A model generated the notes under the pieces. The model searched no databases. It was not told the DNA's origin and saw only the letters and a program-made list of their open reading frames with translations. From Horticoccus luteus (GTDB lineage Bacteria; Verrucomicrobiota; Verrucomicrobiia; Opitutales; Opitutaceae), in contig NZ_CP080507.1 of the NCBI RefSeq assembly GCF_019464535.1, positions 1,980,001-2,012,000 of the forward strand: 32,000 bases of DNA. Reading direction: 5' to 3'. This document shows, one piece after another, positions 18,158 to 26,120 of this stretch (the stretch's first letter is position 1; the number at the start of each line of letters is the position of its first letter). The translations under genes were made by a program, and so were the position numbers.

Positions 18158-19034
18158 GAAACGCCGCTACGCGCTCGACCGCTTCAGGTGCGTCCTCGAG
18201 CAGATAGTGGCCGGCGTCGTTGTAGCGCTCCACTTGGGCCGTCGGCAGACGGCGCTGCCACTCGGCGAGAAAATGCGGATCGAAACAAAAATCGCGCATG
18301 CCCCAGGCGAGGAGCACTTGCTTGTCCGCCAAGGCCGCGACGCCGGCTTCCGCCCGTTGCAACGCCGCCCAACTGCGATGGCCGGGCTTCATCGGAATAT
18401 CGCGCACGAAGGCGTTGACGGCGACGCGGCTCGCCCACGAGGAATACGGCAGCAAATACCCGCGCTTCTCCATCGGTGTGAGCGAGCGCCGATGCATGGC
18501 CATACTCGTGGCCGGCGCGGCAAAACCGTTGGCGCCGCGGACCAGCAGCGGACCAATCACGGGCAACTTGCAGAGCGCGATGCGGGCGGGAATCCGGTTC
18601 AGCGGAAACGCCGCGGTGTTCATCACGACGACCCGGTCGAGTTGCGCTGCATGGTCCGCCGTCCAGCCCATGCCAATCGCCCCGCCCCAATCATGAACCA
18701 CCAGGTGCACCTTTTTTAAACCCAGGTGGATCACCAAAGCTTCAACGTCGCGCACGCGGCCGGCCAGCGTATAGTCGTAATCTTCCGGTTGGTCGGAGAG
18801 CCCCATACCCACGTGGTCCGGCGCCACGCAACGCATCGTCGGAGCGAGTTCTTGAATCAGGCGACGGTAAAAAAACGACCACGTCGGATTGCCATGCAAC
18901 ATGAGCACGGCCTCGTCGCAACGCGGTCCTTCGTCGACATAGCTCATCGTCGCGCCGCCGGGCGTGGAAAAATGCCGCGGCTCGAACGGATACGCCGCGC
19001 GCAACCAGTCGGGAACTTCGCGATGCGTCACCAT
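18138..19034 (-). CDS. oleB: Alpha/beta hydrolase, haloalkane-dehalogenase-like (OleB-type)
   Basis: Motifs are LHGNPTWSFFYR, APDHVGMGLSD and the nucleophile elbow with Asp, VVHDWGGAIG. Its start overlaps the stop of the OleA-type gene by 7 nt. The OleB assignment rests on family and context, not on alignment. Confidence 0.6.
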   Translation of the reverse strand: MVTHREVPDWLRAAYPFEPRHFSTPGGATMSYVDEGPRCDEAVLMLHGNPTWSFFYRRLIQELAPTMRCVAPDHVGMGLSDQPEDYDYTLAGRVRDVEALVIHLGLKKVHLVVHDWGGAIGMGWTADHAAQLDRVVVMNTAAFPLNRIPARIALCKLPVIGPLLVRGANGFAAPATSMAMHRRSLTPMEKRGYLLPYSSWASRVAVNAFVRDIPMKPGHRSWAALQRAEAGVAALADKQVLLAWGMRDFCFDPHFLAEWQRRLPTAQVERYNDAGHYLLEDAPEAVERVAAFLKSRAA

Positions 19035-20053
19035 TCGAGTGCCAGCATCAGGCAGTTCAACCCGCTGCCGATTCCGAGCAATCCCACGCGATCGCCTTCG
19101 CGCACCGCGCCCGCACCCACGGCGGCCGAAAGTGTGGCGGGCAGCGCGACGGAGCCGGTGTTGCCGAGCGTTTCAAAAGTCGAAAAGTCCTTCGCGAGAT
19201 CGAGTCCCAGCGCGTCGTAGAGTGCGCGGCGATGCGTGCGCCCGACCTGATGGCAAATGAAGCGATCGAAGTCGCTGCCCTGCTCCGCCGCGAAACGCGT
19301 CCACGTGTTCTTCGCGAGCGCTACGCCTGCGACGAGCAATTGTTCCGCATCGGTCTGCATGGCGAGCGCATCGGCCCCATGGCTATCGCCCTGGCAAAGT
19401 TCGCTGTGTTCGGTCGCCGCGCCTGCCACGCCGCCCAGCAAACGATGTGCGGGGCCGCGCACGAGATCGCGATGACACACCATCGCCGCCACCGCGCCGG
19501 AGCCGATCGTGAGATTGGCGAAGAACGGTTTGATTTCGTTTCGCGAGAGCGGTTGTTCCAGGAGCGTGCGCAGCGTCTGCTCCACGAGGGGGCGCCCATT
19601 TTCCCCGGCGACCACCATTGCGCAACGAATCTGCCCCGACTCGATCATCGCCGCGGCGACGCAAAGTGCATTGAGGAATCCGAGGCACGCATTCGACACA
19701 TCGAAAATTTGCGTCGTCGCGGGCAGCCCGATTTTGCGGTGAGCGAAGGAGGCCGTGGCCGGTTCGAGCATGTCGCGCGACACCGCCGCGTGGATGAAAA
19801 GTTCCACGTCGGCCGCGCGCAAATTCGATTCTGCCAGCACCGCGCGTCCCGCTGCCGCACTCGCATCCGACGGCCGCCAGCCTTCCGGCCACAGGCGGCG
19901 TTCACGAATGCCGGTCATCAACTCCAGCCGCCCGGCGGGCAATTTCAAACGCTCGTAAAGCGGCCTCAGGCGCTCTTCGATTTCGTTCGAAGTTAAAACC
20001 TCGTCGGGCATCGCGACCGCGATGGATTCCAGGCAGACGTGAGTGAAACGCAT
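19028..20053 (-). CDS. oleA: OleA-type thiolase (FabH-like, head-to-head Claisen condensing enzyme family)
   Basis: The ATG at 20053 gives MRFTHVCLES, although the ORF opens at 20158. Motifs track what I recall of Xanthomonas OleA. These are LTSNEIEERLRPLYERL, AVSRDMLEPATAS (the Glu-base motif), FDVSNACLGF (Cys), ICHQVGRTH, GNTGSVALP and the C-terminal LLGIGSGLNCLMLALEW. It differs from housekeeping FabH (HQAN, GNTSAAS). Confidence 0.7.
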   Translation of the reverse strand: MRFTHVCLESIAVAMPDEVLTSNEIEERLRPLYERLKLPAGRLELMTGIRERRLWPEGWRPSDASAAAGRAVLAESNLRAADVELFIHAAVSRDMLEPATASFAHRKIGLPATTQIFDVSNACLGFLNALCVAAAMIESGQIRCAMVVAGENGRPLVEQTLRTLLEQPLSRNEIKPFFANLTIGSGAVAAMVCHRDLVRGPAHRLLGGVAGAATEHSELCQGDSHGADALAMQTDAEQLLVAGVALAKNTWTRFAAEQGSDFDRFICHQVGRTHRRALYDALGLDLAKDFSTFETLGNTGSVALPATLSAAVGAGAVREGDRVGLLGIGSGLNCLMLALEW

Positions 20054-20060
20054 GACGTCT

Positions 20061-20885
20061 TTAACGCTCCGGCCGCATCGCGAGCCGGATGATTTCCTGA
20101 TCGAAATAATTGCTGCCCAGCCCGGCGTCGACGACGAGCGTCGTTCCATTGATGCCACTGCTGCGTTCGCTCAAGAGGAAGACCGCGGCATCGGCTACTT
20201 CCTGTGTCGCGAGATTGCGTTTTCGAAACGTGAGTTTTTCCGCGTAGAGATAGCTTTCAATGTAGCCCGGAATGCCCGCGGAGGCGCTCGTTTTCAGCGG
20301 CCCGGCGCCGATGACGTTCACGCGAATTTCGCTCGTCGCTGACAAGGACTTGGCGAGGAAACGCGTGGCGGATTCGAGGGCGGCCTTGATGGGCCCCATG
20401 TAGCCGTAGTTGTCGGGCGTGACCTGCAACGATGAAATGCCGATGGTCACGATGGAGGCGTGGCGCGCGAGATGGGGTTTGAACGCCCGGGTGATCTCCA
20501 CGAGGGAGAACGCCGACACCGCCGTGGCTTGGAGAAAGTCGGTCCGTTTGGTCTCGTCGAACGGACGGAATCCCTCGCTGTAATTGGCAAACGCGATCGA
20601 GTGCACGAGCCCGTGCAAAGGGGCCAAACCTGCGGCTGCCACTTCGGCGGCGAGACGCGCCGCGGCGCCTTCCTCTTCCACGTCGCAGACGAAGACCGGC
20701 TTGTCGGCGAGCAAGGTCTCCAGCGATTTACGACGCGCTTCCGAGCGCACGCTGTAAATGACGCGGGCGCCCTGCTCTTCCAAGGTCTTTGCGATGTGCC
20801 AGGCGACGCTTTTGCGGTTGGCCACACCGAGGACGAGAAACGTCTGGCCGGCGAGATGGAGGAAGTCTGGCATCGCGTGGCTCAC
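20061..20885 (-). CDS. fabI: FabI-type enoyl-ACP reductase (SDR)
   Basis: Matches are LVLGVANRKSVAWHIAKTL, VHSIAFA, the Tyr-x6-Lys motif in NYGYMGPIKAALE, and VNVIGAGPLKT. The GTG at 20885 overlaps the fabZ-type stop by 4 nt. An alternative ATG lies at 20873. Confidence 0.8.
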   Translation of the reverse strand: MSHAMPDFLHLAGQTFLVLGVANRKSVAWHIAKTLEEQGARVIYSVRSEARRKSLETLLADKPVFVCDVEEEGAAARLAAEVAAAGLAPLHGLVHSIAFANYSEGFRPFDETKRTDFLQATAVSAFSLVEITRAFKPHLARHASIVTIGISSLQVTPDNYGYMGPIKAALESATRFLAKSLSATSEIRVNVIGAGPLKTSASAGIPGYIESYLYAEKLTFRKRNLATQEVADAAVFLLSERSSGINGTTLVVDAGLGSNYFDQEIIRLAMRPER

Positions 20886-21343
20886 GCGTTCGGCGCGGGA
20901 GCTTGGCCGTCAGGGGTTTTCCACGCGACGGAGAAATCGACATTCAACACCCGCGTGCCATTGGCCTTCTTGATGCTGCCGGTGAGCATGGTGAAGCCGC
21001 CGAGGGTGGTTTTTTCCTTCACCGCGAGAAGAATGGTATCGCCCGGATAAATCGGGCTCCGGAACCGCACATCGCTTATTTTCGCAATCAAGGGCACACC
21101 CTCTCCCGGTTTTCCGCCCGCGGCTTGCGCTTTCAATGCCATGTAGCACGCCGCGGTCTGGAAGACCGCCTCGCACAGCAACACGCCAGGCGTGATCGGA
21201 GCACCAGGATAATGCCCGCGGTAGAAATCCTCGTCGGCCCGCCATGTGCGTTTGGCCGTCAATCCGTCTGCCTCTTGGGTGACAATTTCGTCGACAAACA
21301 AAAACGGCGGACGGTGCGGAATGAGGTCGGTGACGGTGGGCAT
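20882..21343 (-). CDS. fabZ: FabZ/FabA-type 3-hydroxyacyl-ACP dehydratase (hotdog fold)
   Basis: The ATG is at 21343, although the ORF opens at 21472. Matches are IPHRPPFLFVDEI and FYRGHYPGAPITPGVLLCEAVFQT, which carry the catalytic His and Glu. It starts 1 nt after the upstream gene's stop. Confidence 0.82.
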   Translation of the reverse strand: MPTVTDLIPHRPPFLFVDEIVTQEADGLTAKRTWRADEDFYRGHYPGAPITPGVLLCEAVFQTAACYMALKAQAAGGKPGEGVPLIAKISDVRFRSPIYPGDTILLAVKEKTTLGGFTMLTGSIKKANGTRVLNVDFSVAWKTPDGQAPAPNA

Positions 21344-21344
21344 G

Positions 21345-22799
21345 TTAGGAAGCGGCGGCGGGAGCGTGGGGTTTGGCGGCGTAGAGGACCTTGTCGATTT
21401 TGTTGGCGACGATAACGCCATAATTAATCGTGCCGAGCCAGCCCGACATGATGATGCCAACGGAGCCGGCATGATAGAGTCCGGGCAGCATGGCGGGCAA
21501 TTCCATGGAGACTTTCAGGCCTTCGAATTTGGTGCCAAACGAAGTGCCGCCGGTATGCGTTGTGTAGCGCTCGATCGTCCGCGGCGTGGCGGCCTCCTTC
21601 CAATCGATTTTTTCGCCCACCCCGGGGATAAACGTCTCCAACGCGGCCAGTGACTCGTCGATGAGCCGCTGCTTGTTGCGCTCATAGTCCTCCTCGCTCA
21701 ACCCCGCCCAGTCCGGATAACAGCCATTTAACGACGCGACGACTGTGTAGCGTTCCGAGCCGGGGCGCGTGTCGGGATAATAGACGGAAAACGTGCGACT
21801 CGTCGTGCGAAAGTCCGTGAGTTCCGTGCTGCTGAATTCGGCACTCGCCGAGGTGAAGACGAGATCGCCGATGTGCGGAATCGATTCCCCTTTTCGAATG
21901 CCGAAATAGACTTGGCAGGAGCTCGAGTTAATCCGCACCGCCTGCGCCTCGGCCACGTAGTCGGAGGGGAAGTTTTCTGCGCCCGCGAGACGAAAGATCG
22001 TGTTCTTAATGTTCGCGTTCGAGAGCACCGCCTTCGCGCGGATGATCCGCCCACCTTTGGCGACGATGCCGGCGACGACTTTGTGGCCGTTGCGCTCCTC
22101 CACGAGGATGCGTTCAACGAGCACATGCTTGCGGCATTCAACGCCGTTCCTTTTCAGCTCTGCGATCATCTTCGCGATGAGGAGATCTGATCCGCCCCGA
22201 AAGGTGTAGACCCCGGAGCCCATGAAATTCGAAAACACGATGCCGAACGTGATCGCTGGGTCCTCGAGCGTAGAGCCGTTGGCGTAAGCGATTGGCTCCA
22301 TCAGCAAACGGTGCACATCCTTTCGTCCCGGGAAAAAGCGTTCCAGCATCTCGCCCGTCGTTTCGGGATTGTTGTCGTAGAAATTCATCGACCGCAGGTG
22401 GTCGTAGAACTTCTCGACCACGGTGCGTTCGAGGCGGAATTGCTCGAGGAGCACGCGGGTGTAGTCCTCACGGGTGAACGTCGTCCAGACGTCCATCTGC
22501 GGATTCACAAATCGGATGTCTTTCAGTTGCACGATCGAGTCGGCGATCTCCTTCGTCCAATACTTGCGGCACGATTTGATCATGCCCACCGGGAAGCCAT
22601 GCAGCGAAATATCGAAAATATGCCCGCCCTTGCGCGTGAACCAAGTGGCCAACCCGCCGTATTGGTAATGGTGCTCCAAGAGGAGCACACGGTGGCCGGC
22701 TTTCCCCAGATAATTGGACCCCGTCAATCCGCCCAAGCCACTGCCGATGACGATTACGTCATACTCGTCAGCAACACCTTTGAGCCAGTCATACGCCAT
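21345..22799 (-). CDS. CrtI/phytoene-desaturase-family NAD(P)/FAD-dependent oxidoreductase (copy 2)
   Basis: The ATG at 22799 gives MAYDWL..., although the ORF opens at 22838. The dinucleotide fold is [38 protein letters not shown]. The C-terminal flavin-contact motif is [16 protein letters not shown]. The substrate is unknown. Confidence 0.75.
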   Translation of the reverse strand: MAYDWLKGVADEYDVIVIGSGLGGLTGSNYLGKAGHRVLLLEHHYQYGGLATWFTRKGGHIFDISLHGFPVGMIKSCRKYWTKEIADSIVQLKDIRFVNPQMDVWTTFTREDYTRVLLEQFRLERTVVEKFYDHLRSMNFYDNNPETTGEMLERFFPGRKDVHRLLMEPIAYANGSTLEDPAITFGIVFSNFMGSGVYTFRGGSDLLIAKMIAELKRNGVECRKHVLVERILVEERNGHKVVAGIVAKGGRIIRAKAVLSNANIKNTIFRLAGAENFPSDYVAEAQAVRINSSSCQVYFGIRKGESIPHIGDLVFTSASAEFSSTELTDFRTTSRTFSVYYPDTRPGSERYTVVASLNGCYPDWAGLSEEDYERNKQRLIDESLAALETFIPGVGEKIDWKEAATPRTIERYTTHTGGTSFGTKFEGLKVSMELPAMLPGLYHAGSVGIIMSGWLGTINYGVIVANKIDKVLYAAKPHAPAAAS

Positions 22800-22814
22800 G
22801 GAAACGGAGCAGTG

Positions 22815-22846
22815 AAAACCCCTCGCGTCTGAGCGCAAGGGGTTTT
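22815..22846 (-). terminator. Hairpin + T-run on the minus strand (candidate terminator/attenuator) between DUF3300 and the CrtI-like copy 2 gene
   Basis: The plus strand reads AAAACCCCT-CGC-gtctga-GCG-ca-AGGGGTTTT. On the minus strand the stem ends in TTTT. It lies 16 nt upstream of the ATG at 22799. Confidence 0.45.
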
Positions 22847-22870
22847 GCGTCCATCATTTGGCGCGGGCCG

Positions 22871-24229
22871 CTAACGGTCTTTATCCGTTCGATTGTCGCG
22901 ACGTGCGTCCGCCCTCTCCCCTCGATCCGGCGGAGGCGCGCTCCGCGGCGGCGGCGCGGTCACCGGCCGCATCGCCGGCGGCGGCGCCACCGGAGCAGGA
23001 CGCGGTTGCGGCACAAAAGCCGGGCGCGGCGTCGGCGTTAGCTCCGGGGCAGCGGGCGCGCGGACGGTGGCGCTGGGACCGGGCGCGCTCACCACGGGCC
23101 GCGTGGTGTTGAAATGAAGATTGCCGCGGTTGCTATCGGGCCGCGGAGAAACATCGGGCCGCGACGGGCGCACCGGGCCGCCAACGGACGGCGGTCGCGC
23201 GATCGTGGGCGCAGGAGGCATTTTCGAATCCGCGTTGCCGCTGCTGTGCGGCTGATCGCCGCCTCGTGACCACCGTCGCACGGAAGATGCGCCGTTTGGA
23301 TTCGGTTGAGCCGTGGCAGGAGCAAGGCGGGCATTACCCCAACTCGCCGCCGGCCGGGCGGGATGCGCCTCGTGCTCGACCGGGCCAGGCGGCAGCGCCC
23401 GCGGTCCGACCACACGATCGCCATAACGAAAACCGGGGCGCGGCCGCACGCGGTTGGCCGGTGGACGCCAACGTTGCGGTGTGCCGTGGGGCGGCCCGAC
23501 GATCACCGGACCGGCGTGATGCCGCACGTGATAATCGTGTCGGCGCCAGTCCACGCCGCGCCAGAGCACCCGGCGATGCCAGTCCAAATCGAAATCCAGC
23601 CACGACCCGACCGAATAACCGATGCCAAACGTTAAAAACGGCCCGGCGTAGCCAAACGGCGGCGGTCCGTAAACGAGATCATAATTGTAACGCGGCACAT
23701 AAATCACGTCGGGCGTGGCCGGTTCGATGTAGATGATCTGATCACGCACGACCACTTCCTGTTGCGGAGTATCCTTCAACGCACCAGTGGCGCGCGCTTG
23801 AGTGCGCATACGCTGCACGGCGTTCATCACGTCGGTGGACTGCGCGGCGAACGCGAGGCCGAGCTCACGCGTCCATTCGAGGTTTTCATCCATCCATTTG
23901 ACGACCTCGGGATAGTGCACCAGCGCCTTCACGCTTTCATCCCATGGCTGATCTTCGATCGCCGCCGAGCCATCACTGTTCGCCAGAAACCGCGCTGCGA
24001 GCGTGACATCGGTCGGCACCGTGGAGGCCGGCAGGATCAATGCGACCAAGACATCGGGATAGAGCGCGATGGGGGCCACGAGCTTGTCCAATTCCTCGGG
24101 CGTTCGCGGGGATTCATCGCTGACGTCCTGCGCATTCACAAATCCGAGAGAAAACGCCGCACAAACGGCGAAGAGAAACCGAGTTAGCGCAAAGCGAGAA
24201 CGGCGGACGCGGGTCGGAGCGAGGGGCAT
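22871..24229 (-). CDS. Secreted DUF3300-family protein with long Pro/Arg/Ala-rich C-terminal tail
   Basis: I recognise the DUF3300 signature LDKLVAPIALYPDVLVALILPASTVPTDVTLAARFL...WDESVKALVHYPEVVKWM. The signal peptide is RRSRFALTRFLFAVCAAFSLGFVNA. I prefer the ATG at 24229, with alternatives at 24277 and 24298. The last ~200 aa are low-complexity P/R/A-rich. Confidence 0.75.
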   Translation of the reverse strand: MPLAPTRVRRSRFALTRFLFAVCAAFSLGFVNAQDVSDESPRTPEELDKLVAPIALYPDVLVALILPASTVPTDVTLAARFLANSDGSAAIEDQPWDESVKALVHYPEVVKWMDENLEWTRELGLAFAAQSTDVMNAVQRMRTQARATGALKDTPQQEVVVRDQIIYIEPATPDVIYVPRYNYDLVYGPPPFGYAGPFLTFGIGYSVGSWLDFDLDWHRRVLWRGVDWRRHDYHVRHHAGPVIVGPPHGTPQRWRPPANRVRPRPGFRYGDRVVGPRALPPGPVEHEAHPARPAASWGNARLAPATAQPNPNGASSVRRWSRGGDQPHSSGNADSKMPPAPTIARPPSVGGPVRPSRPDVSPRPDSNRGNLHFNTTRPVVSAPGPSATVRAPAAPELTPTPRPAFVPQPRPAPVAPPPAMRPVTAPPPRSAPPPDRGERADARRDNRTDKDR

Positions 24230-24325
24230 GCTTAGGGGCGACACGACTTTCGGGGGTTTGTGCGCAAAATATGTCATACCCGATGAGACGCGACTCATTC
24301 CCGCCGATTACGGTATTCCCCGCCC

Positions 24326-25771
24326 TTACCCCGCGCGCGGCTGCAGAATGTGGTAATTCGCCATCGAGATCCCACTCAGCATCGCGCCGACGATGCCCAA
24401 AAACCCTTGGTCCGTGCCGCAGAGATAAACATTGGCCAACGGCGTGTTCCCGTCGCGTTTTTTATCCGGCGAACCGTAGATGGCTCCGCCGAAGTGCCCG
24501 GTGAACGTCGTGATCGTGCGCGGCGTAAACATGTCCGTCGCCACGGTGGCTTTGGCGAGAACGTCATCTTCCACCGCCGGCAGAAATCGGCGGGCGCTTT
24601 GCTGCACCTCGGAAAACCAACGCGTTTTCTGCTCTCGATAGACATTCTCCGGCAGCGTGGCCCAGCGGTCGTAGTTGGCCAGGCAGGTGCAGCGCAGCAG
24701 GCCTTCGGGCAGATGCTGCCCTGCTTCAAATACGAAATTATTCGGCAGACAAATCACGCCGCTGCGCACGTCGACCGCCTCGTCAGGGCGGACGTAGTTG
24801 AATTCCGGCGAGTCGTTGAAAAACACAATCGTGTCCTCGCCCCACCCGAGCGCCGCAGGCTCTTGATTCAGCACGGTAATCGTCTCGACGAACGACAGCC
24901 GGCCCACCGCAGGTAGCTGGCGGCCTCTGATTTCGGTCTCCGGTGGCTGAAACAACGCCAGCGTTTCTGGGCCGCCGATCGAGGATAACACATGGTCGGC
25001 GGTGACCTCCGCACCGTCATCGAGCACGAGCGTTGTCGCGCGTCCATCTTGGGCGATGATCCGGCTCACGCCGCATTTCATACGCCGTTCGCCGCCCGCC
25101 GCCCGAAATTTGTCCAGCAACACGCGCAACACAACGCGCACACCCTCGAGCGGGCGGGCAAACCCTTCGAGAAAGAGCGCCTTGAACATGATCGCGAACT
25201 GCCCGAACTCCATGTCGCGCTCCTGTGCGCTGCCATAATACATGAGCGGGCAAAACAACATCTCCTCGAGGAGCGGGTCCGTTACAAAGTCGCGGACGAC
25301 CGCGCGGGCGCTGCGCGGCTGCGCATTGAGCGACACATCGTCGTAACTGCGAAGATAGGCGACCAGGCGAGCGAAACCATCCCGCTGCGCCGGGAATCGC
25401 GCCGCCACCTCGCTTTCGAAGAGCGCAAAGTCATTCGTAAACCGTAGCTTCACCTCGCCGCGCGGCCCAAAAGCGATTCGCGAACCGCGTTGCGGACAAA
25501 GGGCCAACTCATCGCGATCAATGCGCAACTGCCGCAGAATTTTCCCCAGCGGCGTTCCCTTCACACCGGGCGGCACGTAGTTCGTCATCGCGTGCAGGCC
25601 GACATCGAATTTTCGCCCCGCGATACTGTAGAAACTGTTCAGCCCGCCGACGGCGTTGTGCCGCTCGAAGATACAGACGCGCCGGCCAAAATGCGCGAGT
25701 CGGATGCCCGCCGCCAAGCCCGACATGCCGGCTCCGATGATCGCCACGTCGTAATGGGAGCTCGTGTTCAT
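24326..25771 (-). CDS. CrtI/phytoene-desaturase-family NAD(P)/FAD-dependent oxidoreductase (copy 1)
   Basis: The dinucleotide fold is YDVAIIGAGMSGLAAGIRLAHFGRRVCIFERHNAVGGL. The C-terminal motif is VYLCGTDQGFLGIVGAMLSG. It is highly diverged from copy 2 outside these motifs. Confidence 0.75.
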   Translation of the reverse strand: MNTSSHYDVAIIGAGMSGLAAGIRLAHFGRRVCIFERHNAVGGLNSFYSIAGRKFDVGLHAMTNYVPPGVKGTPLGKILRQLRIDRDELALCPQRGSRIAFGPRGEVKLRFTNDFALFESEVAARFPAQRDGFARLVAYLRSYDDVSLNAQPRSARAVVRDFVTDPLLEEMLFCPLMYYGSAQERDMEFGQFAIMFKALFLEGFARPLEGVRVVLRVLLDKFRAAGGERRMKCGVSRIIAQDGRATTLVLDDGAEVTADHVLSSIGGPETLALFQPPETEIRGRQLPAVGRLSFVETITVLNQEPAALGWGEDTIVFFNDSPEFNYVRPDEAVDVRSGVICLPNNFVFEAGQHLPEGLLRCTCLANYDRWATLPENVYREQKTRWFSEVQQSARRFLPAVEDDVLAKATVATDMFTPRTITTFTGHFGGAIYGSPDKKRDGNTPLANVYLCGTDQGFLGIVGAMLSGISMANYHILQPRAG

Positions 25772-25789
25772 GCGGCGATGGCGGCCAAT

Positions 25790-25814
25790 AAAAAAGGCCG
25801 GGCGCAGCCCGGCC
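25790..25814 (-). terminator. Intrinsic terminator immediately after the ACP gene
   Basis: The minus strand reads GGCCGGGC-tgc-GCCCGGCC-TTTTTT, a perfect 8-bp GC stem (25796-25803 / 25807-25814) followed by a 6-T run (25790-25795). It lies 24 nt after the ACP stop and 18 nt before the next ATG. Confidence 0.7.
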
Positions 25815-25838
25815 TCGGTGCGCGGATTTCGGTGCGGT

Positions 25839-26099
25839 TCAGCCCTGCTTCTGGGCGTTGAACTTCGGCGTAAGATACGCCGCGGAACTGTCGAGTGAGG
25901 CCAGTTGCTGGTAATCCGCCTCCGGCACCTCGATGCCGTGGCGTTTGCGCAGCTCCATCACGATGTCGAGAAAGTCCATGCTATCGAGCTGGAGTTGGTC
26001 GCGCAGGCGCACGTCCGGTTTCACATTCGAAAGGTCTTCATCGGGCGCGATGTCCGCGATGATATCGAGCACGACCTGCTTGCATTCGTCGGTGGTCAT
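25839..26099 (-). CDS. Acyl carrier protein, specialised (non-AcpP) type
   Basis: The product is 86 aa. The phosphopantetheine site is LQLDSMDFLDIVMELRKRHGIEVP. This resembles AcpXL/NodF-like dedicated ACPs (LDSLDFLDIV) rather than housekeeping AcpP (GADSLDTVELV). Confidence 0.85.
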   Translation of the reverse strand: MTTDECKQVVLDIIADIAPDEDLSNVKPDVRLRDQLQLDSMDFLDIVMELRKRHGIEVPEADYQQLASLDSSAAYLTPKFNAQKQG

Positions 26100-26120
26100 A
26101 GGAATTAGGCGAAGAATCAG

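Noticed and set aside
22890-23500. An apparent nucleotide-level repeat or low-complexity tract (GC-rich, ccg/gcg-rich).
   Set aside because: It is explained by the Pro/Arg/Ala-rich tail of the DUF3300 protein. I saw no exact tandem repeat unit, and it is not CRISPR-like.
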